64,000 nucleotides of DNA from the NCBI GenBank assembly GCA_964019335.1, contig OZ025655.1, positions 310,001 to 374,000 of the forward strand. The letters are read 5' to 3'. Below, piece by piece: positions 46,517 through 57,641 of this stretch. Below the pieces are notes generated by a model. That model did not search any database. It was not told the DNA's origin and saw nothing but the letters and a program-made list of their open reading frames with translations. A program made the position numbers and the translations under genes. Position 1 is the first letter of the stretch, and each line of letters starts with the position of its first letter. This DNA is from Diplonema japonicum (lineage: Eukaryota; Protista; Euglenozoa: Diplonemea).

Positions 46517-47884
46517 TCAAGCTCTCTGTCCTTCAAGAGCATGCCGCAGTGATAAATCCGCTCTCACCGGATTAGGGAACGCAGCACCGTCTCGTATACT
46601 CTTCAGCTCCACAATGAGCGTCCTGGTGAGGTCGGTTCGGACGGTTGACACCTTGGTGAAAGTGCCAGGGTCACCCGAAGGGCTGGTGGAAAAGGTAAGG
46701 TACGTTGGCCGGCACGATGCACGCAGTGCATGTGACGGATGTACCACAGAGAGTGAGGCAACATCATCGTCAAGAGGGAGGTGTAGGGTGATGGACGACT
46801 GTGACCGGGATCCACAAGGTGCCGACCAAGTCCGTGTCTCCGACTCTGTTAGAAGGTTGCTTGTAGGAAACATTTGTGAGAAATTGCCCGACGCAGAAAC
46901 GAGGCTTTCATCCAACACGAAGGGACAGGTGGCTACCTGCACCACCTCCCACTCGTCACGAACCCCTTCGGGTTCGATCCTTAAATAGAAACTTTTGACC
47001 GTTTGAACAATCGCACCAACGACAGCCCCCACCAACCCCACCATCCTCCTGCAATCCCTATCCACACTGACTCTATCCCGGAGAGGAAACTCTCTCTTGA
47101 CACCTGTCAGCTCCTCAGCATCGCATTCAAATATTGGAAGCAGGTCGGAACCAGCTATCCTTTCAAATAAAATAGGGGCGGTTTTCCTGAGCCTCTCAAG
47201 AACCTCATAGTCGGAGTCCGTATTGGAATAATCCACGTAGAACACGGATTCGATCCACGTTTGCGGGTTAAGAGGTGCTGGCTGTGTGTTGATCGATTGG
47301 TAGATCTCAAAAACCTGCGACGTGTATGGCAGTGATAGGTGTCGTAAAGCGTATTGTTGGAGGTGCTCGGCGCCTGCAAAGGCGGCCAAATGATAGACAC
47401 CAGGAACGTGTTCGGGTTTGACACACATTTTGTTTTTCGAGGGAATCGTGTTTAAAAAATCCATTTCACAGACCGGGTGTGTGAGAAGATCCACCGACGA
47501 CGCAAGTAGTTCAACACCAATGTCCTTAACCTGGTCCGAGAGTTCCTCTAGCTGCAGGTACTTTGCCAGAGACAGCACTGGAGCGATGTCGGAAAATTCG
47601 GTTAAATCGCCGGCCAACCCATACACATGCTGCATTACCAAATCTACGTGTCTCGGGGCTACTCCCTCCAGGTTTATGCTACATTTTCCACATACAGCTT
47701 CCTGCCACCCACCAGCTTCCCAGAGACATGCAAAGTAAGGAACCCTCCACCGCAGTATCAGCCCGTATGCCCAAAAGCTGTATCCATTTACCCATACTTC
47801 AAAGTCCGGCTTCACTTTATCATTAAGCAGCATTTGAACAGAGAGCTGCTTCGTGGGGATCCGGTGGGGGAGTGGTGGCGACAT
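46517..47884 (-). CDS. BTB/POZ-domain protein
   Basis: DFEVWVNG..F.A...IL..R.PYF..L....WQEA, LVMQHVY, LAKYLQLEEL form a BTB signature. Confidence 0.85.
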   Translation of the reverse strand: MSPPLPHRIPTKQLSVQMLLNDKVKPDFEVWVNGYSFWAYGLILRWRVPYFACLWEAGGWQEAVCGKCSINLEGVAPRHVDLVMQHVYGLAGDLTEFSDIAPVLSLAKYLQLEELSDQVKDIGVELLASSVDLLTHPVCEMDFLNTIPSKNKMCVKPEHVPGVYHLAAFAGAEHLQQYALRHLSLPYTSQVFEIYQSINTQPAPLNPQTWIESVFYVDYSNTDSDYEVLERLRKTAPILFERIAGSDLLPIFECDAEELTGVKREFPLRDRVSVDRDCRRMVGLVGAVVGAIVQTVKSFYLRIEPEGVRDEWEVVQVATCPFVLDESLVSASGNFSQMFPTSNLLTESETRTWSAPCGSRSQSSITLHLPLDDDVASLSVVHPSHALRASCRPTYLTFSTSPSGDPGTFTKVSTVRTDLTRTLIVELKSIRDGAAFPNPVRADLSLRHALEGQRA

Positions 47885-48379
47885 TTGAAAGAAAAGAAAA
47901 AAAAGAAAAAAAAAAAGAAGGCACCTTGGTGTCTAGTTTTCTTTTTTTCTTTTTCCCGTTGGCATTATAAAAGAATAAAAAGAAGAAGAAAAGAGGGATG
48001 AGGTCGAAGCCAAGAAAAAAAAGGGGGTAAAGCATTTGTGACAGGAACACAATGCAAAAAGGCGGGGGGGGGGGGGGGGGAAAGAAGGGGGTAAAAAAAA
48101 TAAAAGAAAAGGAGTAGATTCTATAAACGGACGGAAGAACACAAGATCTCTTCATCATTTTTCTTTTTCAACATTCTTTTTTCAGGGGGTACATCAATGG
48201 ATACAATGAGGAGGAAAGGGAGTAAAAAACAAAAAAACAAAAAAAAAATCTAAGGCTTTTATAGTTTTCTTTTTTGGGATTTTATTTTATTCGTTATGTA
48301 GACAAGAAAGAAGAATTTCTGAAAGAAAAAAAAAAAGAAAAACAACAACAACAACAAGCCTGATATTTTAAACAAATAC

Positions 48380-48424
<45 letters not shown>

Positions 48425-48469
48425 GATAAATATACAAACAGCTGTGTAATATCTCATTCAAACTCCGCA

Positions 48470-51400
48470 TCACATTAACATAGAACCAACATTGTTGTCG
48501 AGGGTGGCAGGGTGCTGCGGGGCGCGGCGGCGGCCGCCAGCACGGGGGGACTGGCCGTCGTTAGCCGCATGGTTGAATGCTTGCTTGCGAGAAGCAGACG
48601 GGATGCCAGAGACCTGTTGAGCAGGGGTCTGCGACACCATGTGTGCGGCAGGCGCTGACAGAGTATCATTGGGATTGGAAGTAGCAGCAGCCACAAGATG
48701 GCCACCTCGCTTACCAGTAACAGAAAGCCCAGGGGAAAAGACCCCTGCCGACCCTGCCGGTCCTTGCAAATGAACATCACTGCTGCCGTTGGCTGTCAAG
48801 CTGTTCGGGTTGCACCCCTTCCCCGAGTCCACTTTCGTGTACTCCGCCGTTCCCTTCTTTGACATCTTGCAGTACGGCTCCCTCTCCCCAATGTTGTTCG
48901 GGTTGCAGTTTGCAGACGCACGGTTCTCGTTTTTGAAGTACTTGTCGCCCTCCACACGCGTGACCCTCTCTGCCTCACGGTGCCGTCTGTCCCCTTCTTG
49001 GTTGTAGTTATTCGGGTTGCATGTTGCGGCAGGCTCGGAAGCACGATACGATATCAGCCCGCCTTTCCTTTCATGTGGAGAAGGCCCTGTTTCGGTCTGC
49101 CCTGCCGAGTTCGGGTTGCACCCTCCAACAGTCTTCTCGGGGCCTACCGAGTAGCACTTGATGGAGTGGTTCTGCATGCTGCCTGAACCATGTCCTGCCC
49201 CGTTCGGGTTTGAGTTCGCCGGTGGCTGGTCAGGTGCGCACCTGAAGTTCCTGCCCCTCTTCATGGAATCCTCGCCCCTCATTGGATTCGGGTCGCACCC
49301 TGCCCCGCTGTCCTCCTTGTACTGCACTCTTGCCTTGCCTGCGTTCTGCTTCGGAGTGTTCCCACCGATGTTCGCCAGACCATCGTGCGACCCAGCCTCC
49401 ATCTTGTTCCGCAGTTGGGTTTTTTCTGTTGAGAAATGATGTTTCAATAGTTTTCATACTGCCGGGGGCCACAAGGGCTTGTTTGTGCTTGTTTTCGCTG
49501 TATTCAATGGATCGAAGCTCTTTGGAGTACATGTGGAAGGAATCTGTGTGCATGTGAATAAAGAAACCGTGTTCACACCATCGGTGTTCTGTCCCTCGCA
49601 GATAGCGTTCGGGTTGCACGAGATGGACTTCTGGTCATGTTGGTGCTGCTGGCGCCTGTCGGCGTGCTGAACGGCAGTTGACGATGGTGACACTGCCCTT
49701 CGGCGGCCAATTGATGGTTCCTGCTCCAGCTTCCTTCCAATAGGGCCTTGCATGGGTGTCTCTCCTGTCCCGCCACCGAACGGTAGCGACGTGAAAGGCC
49801 TTTGAGATCTTACTTCTTCTTGATCGGCAATCTTCTGCCTCCTTTGCTGTCCTCTGCTGTGCCTCTTAGCTGCCTCGTCGCTCAACCCGTAGCACTGCGG
49901 CTTCCTACCCTCCGGAAACACCGTCTCGATGTGCTTCACGTGTCTAGGGTCTCTCGTCGGCGACGCAACACCAGGCGACCTTGGACCTGCAGCCTGTTAA
50001 GAATGTTGTCAATATTTCAAACCCATACCTCCATCGGCGCCCTCCCACTCAGCCTCTTCCAGTGCAGTTCGATCTTCGCCGCTGTAATGGGGTCTTTGTC
50101 AAACCCATAGTGGCGAATGAGGTCCCTGCAAGCATGCTGTGCAATGATATGGCATACCTCACTGTTTCCGCACTGACAAGCAGCAAGTCTTGCTCGTGGA
50201 GCACTGCAGAGAGAGCGTCCGTGAACGAGATCCATGCAAGGTCCTCGGGGACACCTTTTGACATCCTTGGCGAGAGGGCAGCGCCCACAAGCGGTGCCAC
50301 GACACCACGCGAAGGGGACATGGTTGAAGCCTCGAAGGGCACAGGTGGAGGGGGCACAGGGTTGGGGACAATGACAACAGGTGATGGCGAAAGGGGATCC
50401 CTGCGGGGCGACTGAGAGCGGTCGGTAGAGATGACAGGCGGTAGAGGGATACCGGTCTTCGCGTGATACTCGGCCGTAGGTGTAACAGACACAGGGTCAG
50501 GTTTGCCCTTTACCCTTTCGGGGACGACTGGCTGCTGATGTTGCTTTGGTGTTCTGGGTCTTGAGACTGACGGGGCGGGGACAAGGTTCGAGACCATGAC
50601 AGGCTCCTCAGGGGACTCCATAACATCAGGCGGCATTTCTGGCTGGGGTGCCGGGAGCTCCTCCCGTTTTTTTCGCTTTTCAGTTTTCTTCGCCCCTCCA
50701 CCAACAACGCCTAAGCTCGCCCAGTCCATCTCCACTGTGATCTCGTCACCACTCTCAAGCCTCAGTTCTCTGATGCTCAGCCTCCCGTGGTTCTTGGTGC
50801 ACCAGACGTCACCGTGCATCGATGTCACCACAAAGCCCTTGTATTTGTTATTCCTTGCAGGAACATGTGGCTCTGTGAGGTTGCACCTTTTGCACAGCGT
50901 AACAAGCTTCTCACCAGGGGCAAGCTCCCATTCGTAGAACCTGGGCGGTCCGCCACCTCGTTTCTCTTTAGCCTCGACCTTGAGGCTGATAGTGTCCCTT
51001 CGTGCACGGGTGAGTGGTTTGGTCTGCGATGGGGTCAGCCTTGCAGGGGACTCGATGGGGGGTGATTCCATTGCAGGGATGGGAGTCTGCTCCTGAGTGG
51101 GGGGAGAGAGGGGGAGGAGGTCGGGAATGATGGGCGTGACGAGCTCTTCTTCCTGCTGGGGCGGCGGCGGAGGTGGGGGAGCGATCTCTGAAGGAGCAAG
51201 CGACGGCTCTGGTCGCTCGGCATTAACTCTGATGATGGCGCCATCAGCGATGCCGAGGGAGGCAAGAGAAGCGTGGCCGTCTGTTTGTGAAGACCATGTT
51301 TGCCCGTTGCACGACACCTTGAAGCAAATAGGGTGCCCCGCCATCACGAGGGCAGGATGCGCCTGGACACACAACTCCGCGAGGGTTTGCCCGCCTTCCG

Positions 51401-51698
51401 CCTCAAATTTCAGAGTCCTATCGACGCTGCCCCCAGTCGCAAGAACTGTCATGCGAAGAAGAAGCCCTTCCTCTTCTATTTGAACCGGTGGGATCTGTGC
51501 AGGCATCTCAGCATGTGGCTGAGGTACATCCCTCGGATCAACCGCCACAGGGCTCTGACTCACCCTGCTCAATGCACTCCCGCTGACTTCCCTCCCGCTT
51601 ATCAACGCTTCCCTCTCCTTCTTTGCTCGTACAAGGTCATTCGTTTTCTTATTGTGGGCCTTTCTCCTGTTCCCTTCCGGAGAGGTGTTCCCTGTCAT
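48470..51698 (-). CDS. ~1030-aa Pro-rich protein with ubiquitin-like N-terminal segments and C-terminal CNPN repeats; introns 50126-50157, 49994-50028, 49544-49578, 49426-49459
   Basis: Four 32-35-nt GT-AG introns join ORFs 50049-51767, 50017-50235, 49454-49939, 49230-49619 and 48470-49447 into one reading frame. Confidence 0.75.
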
Positions 51699-51974
51699 TT
51701 CCCCTGTTCCTCTTGGCTGTTTAAAATTTGTGTTTAGGAAGGAGAAAAAAAAAAAGACAAATGTCAACGGGGAAGGGGGGGGTTTTTTTTCTCTTTCTCA
51801 TTGTATGATAAATATTTTTGATGATGATTCTTTTTTGTTCCCCCCTCTTCTTTTTTCTTTTCCACCACCGCTAAAAAGCGGCCACACGAGGGGGAGAAAA
51901 AAAAAAGAGAGGAAAATACAAAAGAAAAACGCATCTCACTCTGCCCTTGGTTTCTTCTTTCTTTTTCCTCTTTT

Positions 51975-54344
51975 TCACGCTTGAGGTTTTGTTTGGATGA
52001 CCTTTTCCCCGTCGCAGAAGGCTTCCCAGAACTCTCGGTAGGCGTTTTCAAGGTTTTTCGTGAACGCGGGGCCGTTGCAGAGGAGAGATGAAGCCATACT
52101 GTTTTGGAGGTTGTGGCGGTACTTCGAGATGTTTTCGGGGGTGGCCAGACCGACGGCTATCCGCACGTAGTCTTCAGTCGTGTGAGCGATAAGCTCAGGA
52201 CAGGAAACGGTAGAAACAAGCGAGGCGCCCACGTTGGTTGCGTGGGCCTTCCCTGTAAGAGTTACCATTGGGACGCCCATCCATATGGCTTCGCATGATG
52301 TAGTGGTGCCTGCGTATGGCCAGCAGTCTAATGCGATATCGATACGTTCGTAGGCTTGCAAATGGTTGTAGTGCTGGGGAATGATGCCCATGAGCTCAAT
52401 CCTTTCGGGGTCGCCGCCGAACTTCTTGAACCTTTCCAGCATTTGATCCCGCACCCTTTTCTCCGCGAACGGCTTCGACTTCAACAGAAACCTGCAGGTG
52501 GGCACCTTCTGCATGATCTCGCACCACACCGCCACAACCTCATCGTTTATCTTCGCCATGTTGTTGAACGTACCAAATGTAACATAGTTGTTGCGCTCCA
52601 CAGCAGGTTTTGCTGGTATCACAGGCGGCAGGTCGCCCCTGTAGTTCACCGCGTATTGCTCTTTGGTGTCCAGGATCTCCGACGGTGTCTGAAACGATGC
52701 AGGCACGGGTTTCGCTTCTTCCTTCTCTTCAACATTCGACGTCGTGTCCGGACAATAGCACAAGAACGACCCCGGCAACCTGTACAACGTCTCACTGTAG
52801 TGCGCAGGGTCCACCACATCCCATGGGTCAGCGTTAGCATCTGTCAGTCGGTAGTCAATTGTGGAAAGCCCTGTCGTGTTGGGGTATCCCACCCAAGTTA
52901 CTTGGATAGGAGCTGGTTTAACTGCGAAGATGTCCAGCCTGCTCGACGAGGTGTGTCCTGTGAGGTCCACGAGGATGTCAATCTTGTGCTTTTTGATGAG
53001 GTCGCACGCAGCGTGCATGTCCACTCCTGTGATCTCAATCCAGTTCGCAGGGTCGATCAGCTTTTTGAAGGCGAACGTTTTAGAATCGGGCTTCACGACG
53101 TTCGAGAAGCAGAAGATGTCGAACTTGTTCCTATCGTGGTACTTGAGGATGTTGTGGATGAAGTACGACACGGAGTGCAGGTAGAAGTCGGGCGACACGT
53201 ACCCGATCCGGATTTTGTCTTTAGTCTTCGACGATGACTTGCGCAGTGCCGCCGCCCAGTCATCAAACACAGATTTGTTGAAGTGCTTCGAGACGATCCG
53301 GTCCCCCCATTCAATGTGCGCCCTTTGAACCTCGTCCACTGAGTGTTCAGTTGAGAAGTTCAACGCGAGGAGCCTGTTCTGGCCCACGCTCTCCGCCTCG
53401 GGGCATATCGCAAGACACTTCTCATATGCTTTCAAAGCATCACCCATCACACCTTCATCCCTCAGCACCACTCCAAGGTTGTTCCACGCCTCTGCATACA
53501 GAGGCTGAATCTCAACCGCACGCCTTAAAAGTGTAAGCGATCGATCGAGCTGCCCCGTCATAGAGATGAGAACAGCTAGGTTGTTCATAGTCTGCGGGCA
53601 TTCAGTGATTTCAAGAGCTTTCTCAAAGCACTCGACAGCACGTTCGAAACAGCTTGTTGCCTTATATATGACGCCAAGGTTGTTCCATGCCTCAGGGTAG
53701 TCAGGCTTGAAGTGCACCGCGAGGTGGTAGTAGTAGGCCGCCTTATCGGGGTTGTTGAGACGAGTGTAAAGCACACCAAGGTTGTAGTGTGTCTCGTGGT
53801 AGTACGGATTGCACTGAAGGGATCGCTTGTAGAACTTCTTCGCAGTGGTGAGGTCGTTGGCATTGAGATGCTTCGTCCCGAGGTCGGAGAGGACACTGAA
53901 ATAACTCTGTTCGACAAGAGGGTGGTGCGGCTTTACTCGGAGCGCTTTCTCAAAGGCGGTGCACGCCTCTTCTAAGTTCCCAAGCCGGGTTTTTATCACA
54001 CCGGTATTGCATAGGGCTTCGATGCACACGGGGTTATGCATCAATGCCTTGCCGTACCAGGACAGCGCGTCTTGCAGTTGTCCGTCATCCGCCGCAGCGA
54101 CACCTAAGTTGTAGTACGCCGACCCGTATGCAGGGTTGTACTGTAGGGAAGCCTCGTACTGCTTCACTCCCTCCGCGTGCCGACCTACCTTCCTGTAATT
54201 CGTCCCTAAATCCACCAGCATCACCGCCATCAAATTCTTCACCCTCTCGCAGTCCGGGTCCTCTTTGAGCTTTACACCCAGCTCCTTTAACTCCCGCTCC
54301 AGCTCCTTCATCGCCAGCACGGCATGTTCTATTTCGGCAGACAT
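51975..54344 (-). CDS. SPY: SPINDLY-family (GT41) TPR protein O-fucosyltransferase/OGT-like
   Basis: N-terminal TPRs (AYYNLGV, AWNNLGV); QNRLLALN, RIGYVSPDFYLHSVSYF, DILVDLTGHT, PAPIQVTWVGYPNTTGL, TFGTFNNMAKI, DIALDCWPYAGTTTSCEA. Confidence 0.93.
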   Translation of the reverse strand: MSAEIEHAVLAMKELERELKELGVKLKEDPDCERVKNLMAVMLVDLGTNYRKVGRHAEGVKQYEASLQYNPAYGSAYYNLGVAAADDGQLQDALSWYGKALMHNPVCIEALCNTGVIKTRLGNLEEACTAFEKALRVKPHHPLVEQSYFSVLSDLGTKHLNANDLTTAKKFYKRSLQCNPYYHETHYNLGVLYTRLNNPDKAAYYYHLAVHFKPDYPEAWNNLGVIYKATSCFERAVECFEKALEITECPQTMNNLAVLISMTGQLDRSLTLLRRAVEIQPLYAEAWNNLGVVLRDEGVMGDALKAYEKCLAICPEAESVGQNRLLALNFSTEHSVDEVQRAHIEWGDRIVSKHFNKSVFDDWAAALRKSSSKTKDKIRIGYVSPDFYLHSVSYFIHNILKYHDRNKFDIFCFSNVVKPDSKTFAFKKLIDPANWIEITGVDMHAACDLIKKHKIDILVDLTGHTSSSRLDIFAVKPAPIQVTWVGYPNTTGLSTIDYRLTDANADPWDVVDPAHYSETLYRLPGSFLCYCPDTTSNVEEKEEAKPVPASFQTPSEILDTKEQYAVNYRGDLPPVIPAKPAVERNNYVTFGTFNNMAKINDEVVAVWCEIMQKVPTCRFLLKSKPFAEKRVRDQMLERFKKFGGDPERIELMGIIPQHYNHLQAYERIDIALDCWPYAGTTTSCEAIWMGVPMVTLTGKAHATNVGASLVSTVSCPELIAHTTEDYVRIAVGLATPENISKYRHNLQNSMASSLLCNGPAFTKNLENAYREFWEAFCDGEKVIQTKPQA

Positions 54345-54446
54345 CCTCCTTTGAGTTTTGAAGAAGAAAAAAAAAAAGGGGGAATCCACCAGAGAGAAAA
54401 AAAAATAACAATTTCTTTTTTTATTCTTTTGGAATGTTATTCGAGT

Positions 54447-56879
54447 TTAAGTTTCTACTACCTGGCACAAGACCTCATAGCCTGGTTCGGTGTGCACCTT
54501 GAACGTGCAATCCACCGAAGCGCCAGGGGGGTTGTGGAGGACCTGGACCCACAAAGGCGTCCCATCAGTGAAGTCAGCTTGTGGCATGTAGGTCATCGTG
54601 ACACGCTGCCACATCTGTTCAGAATGCAAAAGGTCAAGGGAAGGGGGTTCTGAGTAAGAAAGGAGCAGTTCCAGTGTGGATGAGGCTGCAGGGACAGAGG
54701 CTTCCAAGAGCATTGGGATGGGCTTTGCAAACTTGGAATGGGAGATGAGTTGGAAGGTGGGCCTGCTACGGGGGGTGCTCTTCGTCTGCAAGCACTGCGT
54801 CTTCAATGGCCGCAGAACAGTCAGTTTCACAGGTCCTGCCACAGCATGTACTACACACTTCACGCTCTCCACGCACACTCCTTCCAGCACTGGGTCTAGT
54901 ACAATACAATACTCACCCAAGGGGAGCTGCGTCTCGAAATGGATCACATTTCCTCCTTGTAGCCCAAATGACCCAGCACACCTTCCATAACACCCTTCCT
55001 CACCGCCTCCTAGTACTCTCTCCAACCCTACACACACATAAGGTTTGAAACCCACTGTGCATTCCACTTCGACATGCAGCTCGACGTGGATCTTCCCAAA
55101 CGCACCTAGCACCATGTTGAACTGCGGGGCATCGCCAAGGAATCTGTTGTGCTCGCCAGTTGTCCACTTTGCGTTGTAATTAACAGAGGTCGTGTACCAG
55201 TGAGACACAGACGACACATCTCTTAAGGTGCAGTTGAACGAAGTAAGCTTACATGTTCCCTCAGGTGCAGGGGGCATGCAGTCGCTAATCCGCAGGTAGT
55301 AAGTACCAGGTAGCAGCTTCGCAGAATAGAACAATTGTTCAGTGTCGTAGACTTCTGAGGTGGCTACGATGGTGTCGGAAAAACTCGATGCCGGTGGGAC
55401 GGAGGACACCACGATGGAAATCGGATGCACTGCGTCCATGGCGACACCGAAGCCGACCCTTGAAACACCTACAGGCACTTCTACCTCGTAGCAACCTCGC
55501 GAGTCGTTTGGTGTTGCCAGCTGCCCCACAACTGTCGACGAGGCCTCTGTAGGGCTCACTACAATGCCGATGTCCCTGCACGCACTCGCCAACGTCTCGT
55601 AGTGAATCACAGCACTGTTCCGTGAAGTCCTGCAACCCAAACACATCTCCTTCAGAACGTGCTTTGGTATGTTGTCTTCGTCCTGCCTACCAGGCCCTTC
55701 CCCGTTGTCCCATGAGACCACTAATAACCTCAGCCCAAACGTTTCTTCTGCTTTCTCGACAATCCAGACGCATCCCGCCTCCTGCGTAGGGTTCGCAAAG
55801 GCTGTTGCCTTCAATGCAAAGCACTCCGTTAGCACTTTCCAGAAGGCAGCGTCATAGTCGTTGTGGTAGAAGTTCCACGAAACAGGCCAACCGTTGGTGA
55901 CTGCAGCGAAGGGTTCCCATGGGCGTGCCCAGGAGTACACACTGGATAATGCCTTGCAGGCCAACCGTGGCCACAGGCAGGGAAGGTCTGGAGTGAAGGA
56001 AAACCTGTCGAGGTAGTCCGACACAGGGATGTAGCAAGGAGATGCGCTCTGATGCATTGCGATGGTGTAGCAGCCCGTGGGAGTGTAGCAGGAGGGGCTG
56101 ACAAGTGAGTGCAGTATGCCAGGTGGGACACGAGCGAAAACAGTGGCAAATATTCTGGCCTCGGTGGACACCGCGTACCGCAGAATATCGACGGGCCTGG
56201 AGCTCAGTATCTTGATAGGTGCCTCGACAAACTCCTGCACACGGATCTCACCGTGTTGTGTGTTGTGCACAAAGTGCGTCCCGTGGCGTTCAAAGTAAGG
56301 TATGAGACCGTCGGAGATGTTGCTGTTGCAGACGCCAGATGTCATACCGGATTTTTGGAGAATAACAGAAAGCGTGTTTTGGTTGGCAGGAGCGGTGCGT
56401 TCGAGATCAGAGAGCGGAACGAGACCGGCTTGTCGGATCTTTTCCTTTCTTTTAACATCAAGGTGGTGAACAAGGAGGTTCCGGGTGTCGGAAGGAACCC
56501 CCGATCCTGTGGTGACAAGCGACTCAAGGCTGGAGCTTTTCTTCACGAGCTTTAAAAGGTAGTCTTCGCCAGTCACGTCAGGGTTGCCAGAAATATCAAG
56601 GACTTTTACATGCGGGCGGCGTTCCAGAACTCTGCATATCTCTTGAATGCCTTTGTCACGCATGTCGCTTCTTGACAAGATGACCTCTTCGATACCTTCA
56701 CACCATTTCAGCAGCTCTGCCACAGCTAGCACACCTTTAACACCGACCAACGCGTCCCCTATGTCTAGCTTCTTCAAGCCTGCTGTGTCCTTGGCAGCAT
56801 ACTCCAACGTTTTCATCACATGACTGTTCTCCTTGCAGCCAATGCTGCTGCATGCTTCTGCGTACTTCGTCAGCAACAT
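54447..56879 (-). CDS. LRR plus degenerate calpain-like protein
   Basis: RI-like LRRs at the N-terminus; GCYTI......YIPVSDYL..LWPRLACKAL resembles a calpain catalytic segment; no intact catalytic motif seen. Confidence 0.65.
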   Translation of the reverse strand: MLLTKYAEACSSIGCKENSHVMKTLEYAAKDTAGLKKLDIGDALVGVKGVLAVAELLKWCEGIEEVILSRSDMRDKGIQEICRVLERRPHVKVLDISGNPDVTGEDYLLKLVKKSSSLESLVTTGSGVPSDTRNLLVHHLDVKRKEKIRQAGLVPLSDLERTAPANQNTLSVILQKSGMTSGVCNSNISDGLIPYFERHGTHFVHNTQHGEIRVQEFVEAPIKILSSRPVDILRYAVSTEARIFATVFARVPPGILHSLVSPSCYTPTGCYTIAMHQSASPCYIPVSDYLDRFSFTPDLPCLWPRLACKALSSVYSWARPWEPFAAVTNGWPVSWNFYHNDYDAAFWKVLTECFALKATAFANPTQEAGCVWIVEKAEETFGLRLLVVSWDNGEGPGRQDEDNIPKHVLKEMCLGCRTSRNSAVIHYETLASACRDIGIVVSPTEASSTVVGQLATPNDSRGCYEVEVPVGVSRVGFGVAMDAVHPISIVVSSVPPASSFSDTIVATSEVYDTEQLFYSAKLLPGTYYLRISDCMPPAPEGTCKLTSFNCTLRDVSSVSHWYTTSVNYNAKWTTGEHNRFLGDAPQFNMVLGAFGKIHVELHVEVECTVGFKPYVCVGLERVLGGGEEGCYGRCAGSFGLQGGNVIHFETQLPLGEYCIVLDPVLEGVCVESVKCVVHAVAGPVKLTVLRPLKTQCLQTKSTPRSRPTFQLISHSKFAKPIPMLLEASVPAASSTLELLLSYSEPPSLDLLHSEQMWQRVTMTYMPQADFTDGTPLWVQVLHNPPGASVDCTFKVHTEPGYEVLCQVVET

Positions 56880-56922
56880 GACCCTGAGTATGAGTAGTGT
56901 GATCGGTTTCTATGGAGGGAGG

Positions 56923-56966
<44 letters not shown>

Positions 56967-57641
56967 AGTACTTAACTTTTGTGCACGCGGTACGTTGTGT
57001 ACTGCGTGCTACCACTACTCTTTTTTTCTTTTGTTCTTACAAGAAATTAGATTTAAAAAAAAAAAAGAGAAAGGAAAAAAGAGAATGCGGAGGGGGGGGG
57101 TCCAATAAGGGAGGGCTCTCTTTTTCTTCTTCTTCTTCTTTTTTGTTTTCGATTTTCTTTTTTTTTTTTTTGGTATTCGAACGCGCTAGTATCTCTTGCG
57201 ATATCCTCTCTATACTTGCATGTGGGAAAATGAATCCCCTCTTTTTTGTTTTTTTTGTTTTGTTTGTAAACCGCTTTTCTAGACTTCTAGAAGGGGAAGG
57301 TGACAACAAATAGCCCTCCTTCCCTTCTGGTTGCAGGAGAGAAAAAAAAAAGGAGCATCACGCATATGCATATGAGGTGCAGCAGGAGAAAAATGGAAGA
57401 AACAGTTTGAATGAGGAAAAAAAAGGGAGGAAAGGCATGAGGAAAAAGTTGTACATGTTGGAGTGCGTGAATTTGGGTTCTTTTTTTTTTTTCTTTCTGA
57501 AAAGGGGGGATAGGGGCAATGGAGGTAAAAAAGAAAAAAGGGGGGGGGGAGGATGCCAGGAATGAAGAAAACTCCAACCCTCCCCTCTCGCTACCCCTTA
57601 TTATTTTCTTTCTCTTTTTTATAACCTTTGTCACACTTCAT

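Noticed and set aside
49426-49459. Possible stop-codon readthrough or alternative genetic code between adjacent ORFs (also at 42918, 50049, 63308)
   Set aside because: Each break is explained by a short GT-AG intron; TGA often arises from the donor GTATGA.
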